A stretch of DNA of 64,000 nucleotides from Mobula hypostoma (taxonomy: Eukaryota): the NCBI RefSeq assembly GCF_963921235.1, contig NC_086108.1:70186001-70250000 (forward strand), read 5' to 3'. Under the pieces are notes generated by a model. That model was not told the origin of the DNA. It ran no database searches and was given only the letters and a program-made list of their open reading frames with translations. Position 1 is the stretch's first letter, and each line of letters starts with the position of its first letter. Made by a program: the position numbers and the translations under genes. Shown piece by piece: positions 1 to 11,733 of this stretch.

Positions 1-1955
1 ACTTCGATTATAAATTTACTTTGATAACTTTGAAATAGAGGTATTGATAAACTGTGATTGTAGTAGTTCTGCCATGGTAGAACTATGACATTTGTAGATA
101 TCATGGCTTTACCATACACATTTTCAATAAACCAATAATTTTTAGATGCCTGCCCAGCATCTACTTACAAATATACGCAGACTTATTCACAAATTTGCAG
201 TAAACTTCTATGTTCTTGGTTGCAGATTCTGTTCTTGCAGTGATCTGAGTTACAGGAAATCAGGTCGTATGTTACTATCCAGTGACCCTTGCTAGCAAGT
301 ACACAAGAAACTACTAATTACAGTAGGATTGGGTTTGGCTTTAATGTCCTGTGCTGTATTTGCATTTTGTTAGCGCTGACAGTTACGATGTAATCATGAG
401 ATGGTGCATTGACTGTATCTGCACCCTACCTAAGACCATTTTATGTAGTAACAGAGTAATGCCCATCATGTGTAAACAAAAGCATAACAGTTCTGTTGTA
501 TATCCACATAGATTATAGAAGTTTCTTTCAGAAAGTTGAAGATGAGGGAGGGGTGGGGAGAATTCATAATTTGTAGTGTCCATTTTGAGAGTCTGATGAA
601 GAGGTTTCATCAAGAAATGATGACCAAATTATTGGTTTTACCATGAAATCTTATTTTTAAATGAATTTATAGAAATGTTTTGAAATTCTTAATCTTTTTA
701 TATTTCTAAGAAAACTTTTGCAACAATAAATTCCATATTTGATCTATTAAACATTAAATAATTGTTTTGTTTTGGAGTATATCTCTTTAATAGATTCTTC
801 CTTGTATTCGTTGAATTGGTTCCACCCAGCATTGCACAAAAAGTGAAGATGTAAGTGGAATTGGATTAGGTGTCAAATCTGCCATTTTCTAGTGCTCTGA
901 TACAGGACAGCACATTTTCCAATTGATAATTGATAGTACTTAGCTTAATTTTTGACATCTATGAAGAAGGAGCTGTTGTGTTTTATGAATTTGACTATTC
1001 GTTGGTTCATATTTATTGCTTTTCTAATGTTAAAGTCGTTCACATCCAATTGTGGAAATCGTGTTGAAAAAGTAGATCCCACCAGCAAAATTACCTTAAC
1101 TTTGCCCATACAGAACTTTAAAATAATTTAACAACATACATAGATTAAAAAATATAAATACTTTAAAAAATATATATTTTTCCATTTTCTCTCCCTTTCA
1201 TGATGCAATTCAGTGTTCAAAGGTAATTCATTGCCGTTGTTTCTTCTAAATCTAAGTCTTCCATTAACTTCCAGGACAGCCTTGTGTTCTGTGCACTTTA
1301 AACTTTTGATTGTTCAAAACTTCAGCTTCCTTCCATGTTTCACTCTTCTTGATAATTTATTTTGGCACATGGTGAGCAACAGTGGTTTTAAAATTCTGAT
1401 GCTTGTCTTCTGACTTCTATTTCATATTGTCTTTTTCTATTTCTGTAATGTCCTGAGCTCAACAACCTTTCTGACCTCTTGAACATACAATAGTTTAGTC
1501 ACTCTACCATTTACAGCTGTGTCCTGAACAGTTGCTGCATAATGTCTTGAATTTCCTTGCAAAATATAAATTCCTTTCTTCTTAAATGCTCCTCAAAGAC
1601 TACCTCTGACTGAGTTTCTGTGTCATCTGCCCTATTGTCTCCTGATGTGAGTGCAACACGAAATTTTGTTACCATTCTTCTGACTATCGTAATATGTGGA
1701 AGAGGCATTGTAACCAAAATGTACGCATGAAAGTGGATGAATTATTTCTTTCTGCTTAAGGAGGTAGTTCAGTTTTCCTAAACTCTTGTCCTACTATTCC
1801 ATCCAAGGTTGTGAACTTTGTTTCGATTTGACTTTTGATTCCAGCCTTTGAAATTTCTTGCATCTCTAAATATTTCGTTATATTAAATCCCTCCCTTTCA
1901 TTGAATTAGTTCAAAAATTCAATCTGATTAAGGATCTATTAATGATTGTTTCATA

Positions 1956-3579
1956 CAGGATTCCCCCGCCATCCAAAGGTAGAGCGTTCCTATGAAATGG
2001 TTCGTAAGCCGGAATGTCATAAAGTGAAGAAGCAATTACCATTTATTTATATGGGAAAATTTTGTGAGCATTCGCAGACCAAAAAGTAACCTACCAAATC
2101 ATGCCAAATAACACATAAAACCTAAAATAACAGTAACATATAGTTAAAGCAGGAATGATATGATAGATACACAGTCTATATAAAGTAGAAATACTTTTCC
2201 ACAATCATTGCCTGCACCGCTGTCCGTAACGAAAATCTCACGCAAGTGCCGTCAGCAGAAACACGGCACAAGCGCTCTCGGCAGAAACACTTTCTTCAGT
2301 AACCTTTAAGCTATGAAGCTGCCAAATCATACCAAACAACACGTAAAAATACACAGCCGATATAAAGTAGAAATAATATATGTACAGTGTAGTATCACTT
2401 ACCGGTATTGGGACAGCGGCCAGCACACTGATGATGGTGTGTTAGGCTGAGTCGTCGGAGTTTGGGTGGTGCAGTGACCCCCAACCTCCAGGCTGCCGCC
2501 CGATACATTGCCGTGAAGCATGCAGTAGTATAGCGGTAGCCGGGAGGTACACAGCACATCTTTAAGAAAAAAGCTGAAATAAACAAGCTAATTAATTAGG
2601 TGCCACCCGGCACGTAATTGTCGGCCCAGATCGGAGCTGATTGCGGATTGCGTTGCCTCTGATCTGGGCCGACAATTACGTGCTAGGCGACACCTAATTA
2701 ATTAGCATGTTTATTTCTGCTTTTTTTCTTAAAGACGTGCTGTGTGCCTTCCGGCTACCGCTGCATCCTCCGCGAATCGGTATCTGTCCGCGGCTTGGGG
2801 GTTGAGGTGGTGGGACACTGGGGTGTCATCTCATCGTCGTTTGTTTCCATTAGGGCAGGCAGGTCGTCTTCTATCTCTGCCTGCCTCGATGTTGAAGGTT
2901 GAGGTTCGTCGTCTGCTGTGGCTGATGTGGAAGGCTTGCTTGACTGCTGAGCTTTGGGCTTTTTTCTATCATACAGTTCTTTGTAAGCACTCAAACCATC
3001 CTGCAAATATGCCCTAAACCGATGTACACTTTCAAAATTAAAGTTGTACTTTATCATTGCAGCGAAAATCTCACGCAGTTGCTTCACGTTCATTTCGCTA
3101 CTGCATTCAGTTTCGATTGTTATCCTTTCCTCTTCCAATTGCATCAGCTCTTCATCTATCAGTTCTTGTCATGGGATGCCAAAACCTCTTTTCAATATCA
3201 TCTTCGTCAACTTCCACAAGCCAAACTCACTTTGTCCTGACTTCGTTCACCACGATCGAAACGCTTAATTATGTCTAGTTTTACACTAAGTGTAACACCC
3301 TTATGAGCTCTTTTAGGCTTTTCCGATACCTTAGAGCTCATCTTGCTAACGGCTGCTCACAGGCACATGTTTAAGCAATGCCGGCGAGAATGCAGTTCCG
3401 AATCCGGAGGAGAGTGGCTGCTTGGGGCGCTGCTTTTTCCGCGCGCTGATTTTTCTATGGTGCGCTGCTTTTTATCGTAACAGTGGAAACACCTTCTGTT
3501 AGCGAAAACAGGGAACTAATGTAGGTCGTTTGTAACGGAGGTTTTGTAAAGTGAACGTTCGAAAAGCGGGGGACACCTG
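1956..3579 (-). mobile_element. Tigger/pogo-family DNA transposon, internally deleted and non-autonomous
   Basis: TA at 1954-55 and 3580-81. Imperfect TIRs CAGGATTCCCCCGC / GCGGGGGACACCTG. Minus-strand remnant (..DEELMQLEEER..LQDGLSAYKELYDRKK..) resembles the Tigger transposase C-terminus. Confidence 0.8.
2532..2762. repeat. Internal inverted repeat (about 105 bp arms, about 20 nt loop) inside the Tigger-like element
   Basis: agcggtagccgg...ctaattaattaggtg...gtaattgtcggcccagatc pairs with gatctgggccgacaattac...cacctaattaattag...ccggctaccgct. Confidence 0.9.
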
Positions 3580-4233
3580 TATTAAGTTTTGAGCATCACT
3601 TTTTTTGAATGTAAGGTGATTGGAATGTGATTCTTGCAGTAATAAATTGTGCAAACAAATTACCAGCTTTTGTACAAAGTTTTGTAACATTTCTTATCAA
3701 TATTCATGTATTTTATATTTAATTATATGTATACTTAATATTTCTGACATTTTTGTATGTATCCTAAAAAAAAACAGGTTGACCAATAGAATGTAGTCTA
3801 AACAGTTTACTAGAACTTGGAGGTATTATGCAATCAATATATTGAAATTACTGTTGCTCAAAATAGTTTATCTGTGATTATCTACCTTTTGACTTAAGCA
3901 ATGTCTTGCAAGGAAAATTTTGTGAATTGCATTGAATATGGTTGCGATGGCATTAGAAAAATAATGCATGCTTCTTGTTCGGCTCAGATAAATCTGACAC
4001 CAGCTTTAAAAAGAATTTTTAAATCCTGACTTTGGAATTATATGTACACCATTTCTTCATCATGTACATTAAATAATGTAATTTTCAGTTTGCAAGTATG
4101 CTTTGCTTTAGTTTATTAAGTAATCATGAATGAACTATTTGGAATTAGATAAGATATTAAAAGGGTCTACAGATTTTAAAACATTCAACTGCCATCCAAC
4201 TTGATTAACTTTATATTCATTGCATTTTGTCAG

Positions 4234-4347
4234 GGCACAGCTCGCAGGAAGAAGAAGGTAGTGCATAGAACAGCTACAGCTGATGACAAGAAATTGCAAA
4301 GCTCACTGAAGAAACTAGCAGTTAATAATATTGCTGGCATTGAGGAG
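4234..4347 (+). CDS. BTF3L4: BTF3L4 internal coding exon (114 bp; [38 protein letters not shown])
   Basis: Acceptor ttttgtcag|, donor |gtaagt, phase 0/0. The translation matches the beta-NAC family, and the residues [15 protein letters not shown] are BTF3L4-type rather than BTF3-type (LQFSLKKLGVNNISG). Confidence 0.96.
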
Positions 4348-7300
4348 GTAAGTTTTATGTATTCCTTTGGTTATTGGGTCACTTTGTCGATCTGCCTTTC
4401 TAGCAGTGGACTTTGGGTTCAGACCCAAGGAATAATAGTCAAACAAAAATACATACTGTTTATTAGCACGTTTGCGTCGCTAATAGAGCTTGGGAAAATC
4501 TGCAAATCAAATGAGCCCTGAGTACTGTCTGGGGCTGTTTGTTAAACACTCGTTATCACATACATCTTTGGTAGCTTTCCCATGCAACAAGTTCTTTAGT
4601 TATCTTTGCAACATTATTAGCCAAGCTGCAAATAGGTCAGTTAGGTTTTAGCCCTTTTAATTCTGCTTACAATTCCTCATTTTTAGTGTTTGTATCTAAA
4701 AATATCAGACCAACATTAATTTTATGTGCCAATTTTCCTTTTTTGTTTTACACTTATGCTTGCTCTCTTGCAGCTCTTAAATCATAGATCAATGTGGCTA
4801 GTAATTTAGTATTTTCAATGTTTCCCTTGATGAAAGACCCAACCCCCACCCCTCCATTGTAAGCTACTCTTGACATTATAGTTGAAATGAGAATTCATAA
4901 GCTCCTGCAAAAGCTCGGATTTTAAAAACATGAAACCCTTCAGGTCAGGCAGCATCTGTGGAAAGGTGAAGCTTGGGTTAATTCTCAGGTTGGTAAATTT
5001 AGTGAGAACCTGAGTTTTACAGGTCAAGCAGTTTCCAGATCAAACTTTAATATCTCAGTCAGCTGGCTTCCAGTGAGCTGGTGCAGGTTGAGCACCCATT
5101 ATGGGTCCAGGATGAGCAGGATACTCCACAGTTTTCATCCGTCTTTCATCTTTTGTAGCCTTTGAAAGATTGGCCTGCATCCACCCATTTTTTGTTGTTG
5201 GGCTTTGTTTTTTCTGGTATTTTGCTTTCAGCTTTTCCATTATGAGTAGCTCTACCTTATGTGCAAGATCGCTGATGATATTACTTCTGGACTATTTTAT
5301 TTCTCTATTAAAGCTTAAGATACATTGCAAGATTTAACCCCACCTGATGACATTGATTGATCTAATGAAAATAAGTACTTGTACAGTACTGTGTAGAAGT
5401 CTGAGGCACCCTAGAATTTTTATATAAATCTTGAGATGTTTATTTTTTGTACATTGCATAGAAAGAATCCTTATTATTGATCCAAAAAGGTTACATCAAC
5501 AAATCAAGAATATCACTGATAAATAGCTCCTCTGTTCTTCAGGTGGATGTTTGAAAGCAAAGGATGGTACCATTATCATGAAAAAAGATGAGATTATGAA
5601 CAGATGGACTGAGTATATTCAGGAATTGTTTGAAGACGATCGAGGCGAAAAACCAGAAATTAAGAAAAATATTGAAGGTCCAAGTATTTTAAAATCTGAA
5701 GTTCGTAATGCAATAAATAAGATGAAGAAAGGGAAGGCAGCAGGTCCTGATGAATTAGTAATAGAACAAATTATTGCCCTTGAAGATTATGGAATTGAAA
5801 AACTTACTGATTTAATCAATGACATTTACGAGACTGGAATAATACCAGAAGAGATGAAAAAATCAGTACTTATCACTCTTCCTAAGAAACCTGGAGCAAT
5901 AGAATGTGAATTACAGAGGACCATAAGTTCAATGAGTCATATCACCAAGATACTTCTAAGAATGTTGATGACAAGAGCTAAAAGTAAGATACAAGCTGAA
6001 GTAGTGTGGTTTTGTGAAAGACAAAGGTACGAGAAATACAATATTGATGTTAAGGATACTATCAGAACGAGCTATTCAAGTGCAAAAAGATTTGTTTGTT
6101 TTATCGACTACACAAAAGCATTTGATAAAGTGAAGCACAATAAGTTATTTGAAGTTTTACAGAAAACTCTAGATCTGGATTCGAAAGACCTCCACCTAAT
6201 CAGAAATCTGTATTGGGAACAAACTGCCACTGTAAGAATAGATGGAGAAGTGAGTCAGTTTACGAAAATCAAGACAGGCGTTAGACAAGGGTGTGTTTTC
6301 TCTTCTGATTTATTTAATGTGTACAGTGAAACAATATTACAAAAAATAAGGGACATCTTGGCAGTGAAAAGATTTGAATAGATCAGCAGAAAGCCATTGA
6401 TGAGACAATCAAGATTCGAATAGCTCAGACTCAGCAGAAAGCAGCTGATTGGGCAATCGAGGTCAGGTGACCAAGCATTTTGAAAAGCTGAAACAGATAA
6501 ATAGAGGGATAGCTCAAGCGAAGTGGCCTGTGGAAAGTGGCCAGTGAATGAGTGGGCCAGTGAAGGAGTGGAGCTTTGACTCGAGAAATTCTGGCAGTTT
6601 TGGCAGTTGGTCTGTGCAATCAAGTCAATCAAGATTTGAATAGATCAGCAGAAAGCCGTTGATTAGACAATCAAGATTTGAATAGCTCGGACTCAGCAGA
6701 AAGCAGCTAGGAACAAAGGTGATGAGCTGAGAGCTTGGATACATACATGGAATTATGATGTAGTAGCCATTACAGAAACTTGGCTGGCACCAGGGCAGGA
6801 ATGGATTCTCAATATTCCTGGATTTCAGTTATTTAAAAGGGATAGAGAGGGTGGTAAAGGGGAGGAGAGGTGGCATTACTGGTCAGGGATACTATTACAG
6901 CTACAGAAAGGGAGGGTAATGTAGCAGGATCTTCTTTTGAGTCAGTATGGATGGAAGTCAGGAACAGGAAGGGAGCAGTTACTCTATTGGGGGTATTCTA
7001 TAGGCCCCCTGGTAGCAGCAGAGATACCGAGGAGCAGATTGGGAGGCAGATTTTGGAAAGGTGCAAAAATAACAGGGTTGTTATCATGGGTGACTTTAAC
7101 TTCCCTCATATTGATTGGCACCTGATTAGTTCCAAGGGTTTAGATGGGGTAGAGTTTGTTAAGTGCGTCCAGAACGGATTCCTGTCACAGTATGTGGACA
7201 GGCTGACTAGGGGGAATGCCATACTAGATCTAGTACTAGGTATTGAACCGGTCAGGTCACAGATCTCTCAGTGGGTGAGCATCTGGGGGACAGTGACCAC

Positions 7301-7428
7301 TACTCCCTGGCCTTTAGCATTATCATGGAAGAGGATAGAATCAGAGAGGACAGGAAAATTTTTAATTGGGGAAGGGCAAATTATGAGGCTATAAGGCTAG
7401 AACTTGCTGGTGTGAATTGGGATGATGT

Positions 7429-8448
7429 GGCCTGTGACTAGTGGTGTGCCACAGGGATCAGTGCTGGGTCCATTGTTATTTGTCATCTATATCAATGATC
7501 TGGATAATAATGTGGTAAATTGGATCAACAAATTTGCTGATGATACAAAGATTGGAGGTGTAGTAGACAGTGAGGAAGATTTTCAGAGCCTGCAGAGGGA
7601 CTTGGACCAGCTGGAAAAATGGGGTGAAAAATGGCAGATGGAGTTTAATACAGACAAGTGTGAGGTATTGCACGTTGGAAGGACAAACCAAGGTAGAACA
7701 TATAGGGTTAATGGTAAGGCTCTGAGGAGTGCAGTGGAACAGAGGGATCTGGGAATACAGATACAAAATTCCCTAAAAGTGGCGTCACAGGTAGATAGGG
7801 TTGTAAAGAGATCTTCTGGTACATTGGCCTTTATTAATCAAAGTGTTGAGTATAAGAGCTGGAATGTTATGATGAGGTTGTATAAGGCATTGGTGAGGCC
7901 GAATCTGGAGTATTGTGTTCCGTTTTGGTCACCAAATTATAGGAAGGATATAAATAAGGTTGAAAGAGTGCAGAGAAGGTTGACAAGGATGTTGCCGGGA
8001 CTTGAGAAACTCAGTTACAGAGAAAGATTGAATAGGTTAGGACTTTATTCCCTGGAGCGTAGAAGAATGAGGGGAGATTTGATAGAGGTATATAAAATTA
8101 TGATGGGTATAGATAGAGTGAATGCAAGCAGGCTTTTTCCACTGAGGCAAGGGGAGAAAAAAACCAGAGGACATGGGTTAAGGGTGAGGGGGGAGAAATT
8201 TAAAGGGAACATTGGGGAGGGCTTCTTCACACAGAGAGTGGTGGGAGTATGGAATGAGCTGCCAGACGAGGTGGTAAATGCGGGTTCTTTTTTAACATTT
8301 AAGAATAAATTGGATAGATACATGGATGGGAGGTGTATGGAGGGATATGGTCCTTGTGCAGGTCAGTGGGACTAGGCAGAAAATGGTTCGGCACAGCCAA
8401 GAAGGGCCAAAAGGCCTGTTTCTGTGCTGTAGTTTTTCTATGGTTTCT
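7429..8448 (+). mobile_element. 5'-truncated CR1 nested inside the CR1 at 6371-10796
   Basis: Uninterrupted ORF2 C-terminal part ([24 protein letters not shown]). Tail tttctatggtttct. TSD atgt (7425-28 / 8449-52). The host reading WDDVF.GKCT rejoins on removal. Confidence 0.9.
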
Positions 8449-9729
8449 ATGTTTTCGTAGGGAAATGTACTATGGACGTGTGGTCGACGATTAGAGATCT
8501 CTTGCAGGATGTTAGGGATAAATTTGTCCCGGTGAGGAAGATAAAGAATGGTAGGGTGAAGGAACCGTGGGTGACAAGTGAGGTGGAAAATCTAGTCAGG
8601 TGGAAGAAAGCAGCATACATTAGGTTTAGGAAGAAGGATCAGATGGGTCTATTGAGGAATGTAGGGAAGCAAGAAAGGAGCTTAAGAAGGCTGAGAAGAG
8701 CAAGAAGGGGGCATGAGAAGGCCTTGGCCAGTAGGGTAAAGGAAAACCCCAAGGCATTCTTCAATTATGTGAAAGAAAAAAAGGATGACAGGAGTGAAGG
8801 TAGAACCGATTAGAGATAAAGGTGGGGAGATGTGCCTGGAGGCTGTGGAAGTGAGGGAGGTCCTCAATGAATACTTCTCTTCAGTATTCACCAATGAGAA
8901 GGAACTTGGTGGTGAGGACAATATGAGTGAGGTTGGTGTTCTGGAGCATGTTGATATTAAGGGAGAGGAGGATGTTGGAGTTGTTAAAATACATTAGGAT
9001 GGATAAGTCCCCGGAGCCTGACGGAATATTCCCCAGGCTGCTCTACGAGGTGAGGAAAGAGATTGCTGAGCCTCTGGCTAGACTCCTTATGTCCTCATTG
9101 TCCATGGGAATGGTACCGGAGGATTGGAGGGAGGTGAATGTTGTCCCCTTGTTCAAAAAAGGTAGTAAGGATAGTCCGGGTAATTATAGACCAGTGAGCC
9201 TTGTGTCTGTGCTGGGAAAGCTGTTGGAAAAGATTCTTAGAGATAGGATCTCTGGGCATTTAGAGAATCATGGTCTGATCAGAGACAGTCAGCATGGCTT
9301 TGTGAAGGGCAGATTGTGTCTAACAAGCCTGATAGAGTTCTTTGAGGAGGTGACCAGGCATATAGATGAGGGTAGTGCAGTAGATGTGATCTATATGGAT
9401 TTTAGTAAGGCATTTGACAAGGTTCCACATTCAGAAAGTCAAAAGGCATGGGATCCAGGGAAGTTTGGCCAGGTGGATTCAGAATTGGCTTGCCTGCAGA
9501 AGGCAGAGGGTGGTGGTGGAGGGAGTACATTCAGATTGGAGGATTGTGACTAGTGGTGTCCCACAAGGATCGGTTCTGAGACCTCTACTTTTCGTGATTT
9601 TTATTAACAACCTGGATGTGGGGGTAGAAGGGTGGGTTGGCAAGTTTGCAGACGACACAAAGGTTGGTGGTGGTGTAGATAGTGTAGAGGATTGTCAAAG
9701 ATTGCAGAGAGACATTGATAGGATGCAGA

Positions 9730-9980
9730 CAACAGGAATTCTGCAGATGCTGGAAATTCAAGCAACACACATCAAAGTTGCTGGTGAACGCAGCAGGCCA
9801 AGCAGCATCTATAGGAAGAGGCGCAGTTGACGTTTCAGGCCGAGACCCTTCGTCAGGACTAACTGAAGGAAGAGTGTGCTCAGTTAGTCCTGACGAAGGG
9901 TCTCGGCCTGAAACGTCAACTGCGCCTCTTCCTATAGATGCTGCTTGGCCTGCTGCGTTCACCAGCAACTTTGATGTGTG
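9730..9980. mobile_element. Fold-back non-autonomous Penelope-like element with hammerhead motifs (copy 1)
   Basis: 15 bp TSD TTGATAGGATGCAGA (9715-29 / 9981-95). 104 bp inverted arms 9763-9866 / 9880-9983. Contains the CTGACGA..GAAACGTC motif. Confidence 0.85.
9886..9921 (+). ncRNA. Minimal hammerhead ribozyme motif (mirror copy on the - strand in the left arm); closing pair of stem I mismatched
   Basis: AGTC-CTGACGA-AGG(GTCTCGG)CCT-GAAA-CG-TC-AACT. Predicted cleavage after 9917. Confidence 0.65.
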
Positions 9981-11733
9981 TTGATAGGATGCAGAAATGG
10001 GCTGAGAAGTGGCAGATGGAGTTCAACCCGGAGAAGTGTGAGGTGGTACACTTTGGAAGGACAAACTCCAAGGCAGAGTACAAAGTAAATGGTAGGATAC
10101 TTGGTAGTGTGGAGGAGCAGAGGGATCTGGGGGTACATGTCCACAGATCCCTGAAAGTTGCCTCACAGGTAGATAGGGTAGTTAAGAAAGCTTATGGGGT
10201 GTTAGCTTTCATAAGTCGAGGGATAGAGTTTAAGAGTCGCGATGTAATGATGCAGCTCTATAAAACTCTGGTTAGGTCACACTTGGAGTACTGTGTCCAT
10301 TTCTGGTCGCCTCACTATAGGAAGGATGTGGAAGCATTGGAAAGGGTACAGAGGAGATTTACCAGGATGCTGCCTGGTTTAGAGAGTATGCAATATGATC
10401 AGAGTTTAAGGGAGCTAGGGCTTTACTCTTTGGAGAGAAGGAGGATGAGAGGAGACATGATAGAGGTGTACAAGATAATAAGAGGAATAGATAGAGTGGA
10501 TAGCCAGTGCCTCTTCCCCAGGGCACCACTGCTGAATACATCAAGACATGGCTTTAAGGTAAGGGGTGGGAAGTTCAAGAGGGATATTAGAGGAAGGTTT
10601 TTTACTCAGAGAGTGGTTGGTGCGTGGAATGCACTGCCTGAGTCAGTGGTGGAGGCAGATACACTAATGAAGTTTAAGAGACTACTAGACAGGTATATGG
10701 AGGAATTTAAGGCGGGGGCTTATGTGGGAGGCAGGGTTTGAGGGTCGGCACAACATTGTGGGCCGAAGGGCCTGTTCTGTGCTGTTCTGTGTTCTATGAA
10801 AACATCAATAATTTCAGATATGCAGATGACACTGTTAATTGCAAGTACGGAGGAAGAACTACAAAACTTAATTGATATAATTGTTGAAAGTGCAAAAATG
10901 GGTCTATCAATCAATTGCAATAAGACAATGTATGGTGATATCCAAAACGAAGGAGAATCCTATCCGCAGGCTGAGAATAAATGGGGAAGACAAAACAAGT
11001 AAAGAACTTTTGCTACTTAGGAAGCTGGGTGACATCAGATGGCAGGTGCGACTTAGACATCAAAAGAAGAATAGCGATGGCAAAAGACACCTTTACGAGA
11101 ATGAAGAGTATACTGACCAGTACTAAACAAGGCATGACAACCCGCCTCAGAGCACAGAAATGTTATGTTTATCCAGTTATGTTATATGGCTCAGAATGTT
11201 GGACAATATCTAGTAACATGAGGAAACAAATTGTAGCAGCAGAGATGTGGTTTTTGAGGAGGATACAAAGAATATCATGGATGAAGGGAATATTTAACGA
11301 GGATGTCATGAACAGAACAAACACAAAAAGAGAAATAATGTATGAGATCATGAAAAGGCAATGTAACTTCATTGGACGTGATTAGGAAAGAGGAGTTAGA
11401 ATGCACAGTAATTATGGGAAAGATTGAAGGAAAGAAAGCAAGAGGAAGACAAAGACAAATGATGATGGAGACAGCAGCTAGAGAACTAGAAATAAATACC
11501 AATGAATTGATCCACTTGATCCGAAACAGGAATGGCAGTCAAAGCTCAAACTGGGCATGGCACCTGATGATGATGATTCTGCATTAGTACATCAGTAGAA
11601 AAGAACAAATTTTAGATTTCCAAACATTCAGTTTCCAAAAAAAATTACAGGGATTTTTTTCTATTTTGTTAAAGAAAGTAACATATTAAGTAATTAACCA
11701 ATTTTCAAATACAACTTGGTTACTTAGTAGGCA

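Larger units (their letters stand above)
6371..10796 (+). mobile_element. CR1 LINE with a duplicated 5' unit, no ORF1 and a degenerate EN/RT ORF2; carries two nested insertions
   Basis: TSD TGAAAA (6365-70 / 10797-802). Endonuclease motifs YRPP, MGDFNFP and LDLVL; RT motifs [20 protein letters not shown] and KFADDTK; CR1 3' end gctgttctgtgttcta. Confidence 0.9.
5460..11579 (+). mobile_element. 5'-truncated RTE-clade LINE, interrupted by a CR1 at 6371-10796
   Basis: RT motifs KAAGPD, FIDYTKAFDKV and GVRQGCVFS, resuming at 10797 with ENINNFRYADDT, then YLGSW and MLYGSECWT. (TGA)n tail at 11565-11577. Possible TSD tgcat. Confidence 0.88.

Noticed and set aside
1..4233. Search for the first BTF3L4 coding exon (MNQEKLAKLQAQVRIGGK-like)
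   Set aside because: Not found by eye; it presumably lies upstream of the window.
4201..4521. The 106-aa ORF as a standalone gene (likewise 23772-24035)
   Set aside because: Only the part between the splice sites matches BTF3L4; the flanks are intronic read-through.
6371..6708. Repeat-spacer-repeat pattern superficially like a CRISPR array
   Set aside because: Only two units in a vertebrate LINE context, with no regular spacers and no cas genes.
9730..9980. Interpretation of the hairpin elements as classical DNA-transposon MITEs
   Set aside because: TSDs are long and variable (13-15 bp), the ends are asymmetric, spacers differ per copy and a hammerhead core is present. This fits a Penelope-like retroelement better than a cut-and-paste MITE.
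9585..9984. ORFs such as MLVNAAGQAASIGRG.. / SPDEGSRPETSTAPLP.., recurring at 52.3 and 53.6 kb
   Set aside because: Chance open frames through the non-coding hairpin element. The recurrence reflects the repeat, not a protein family.
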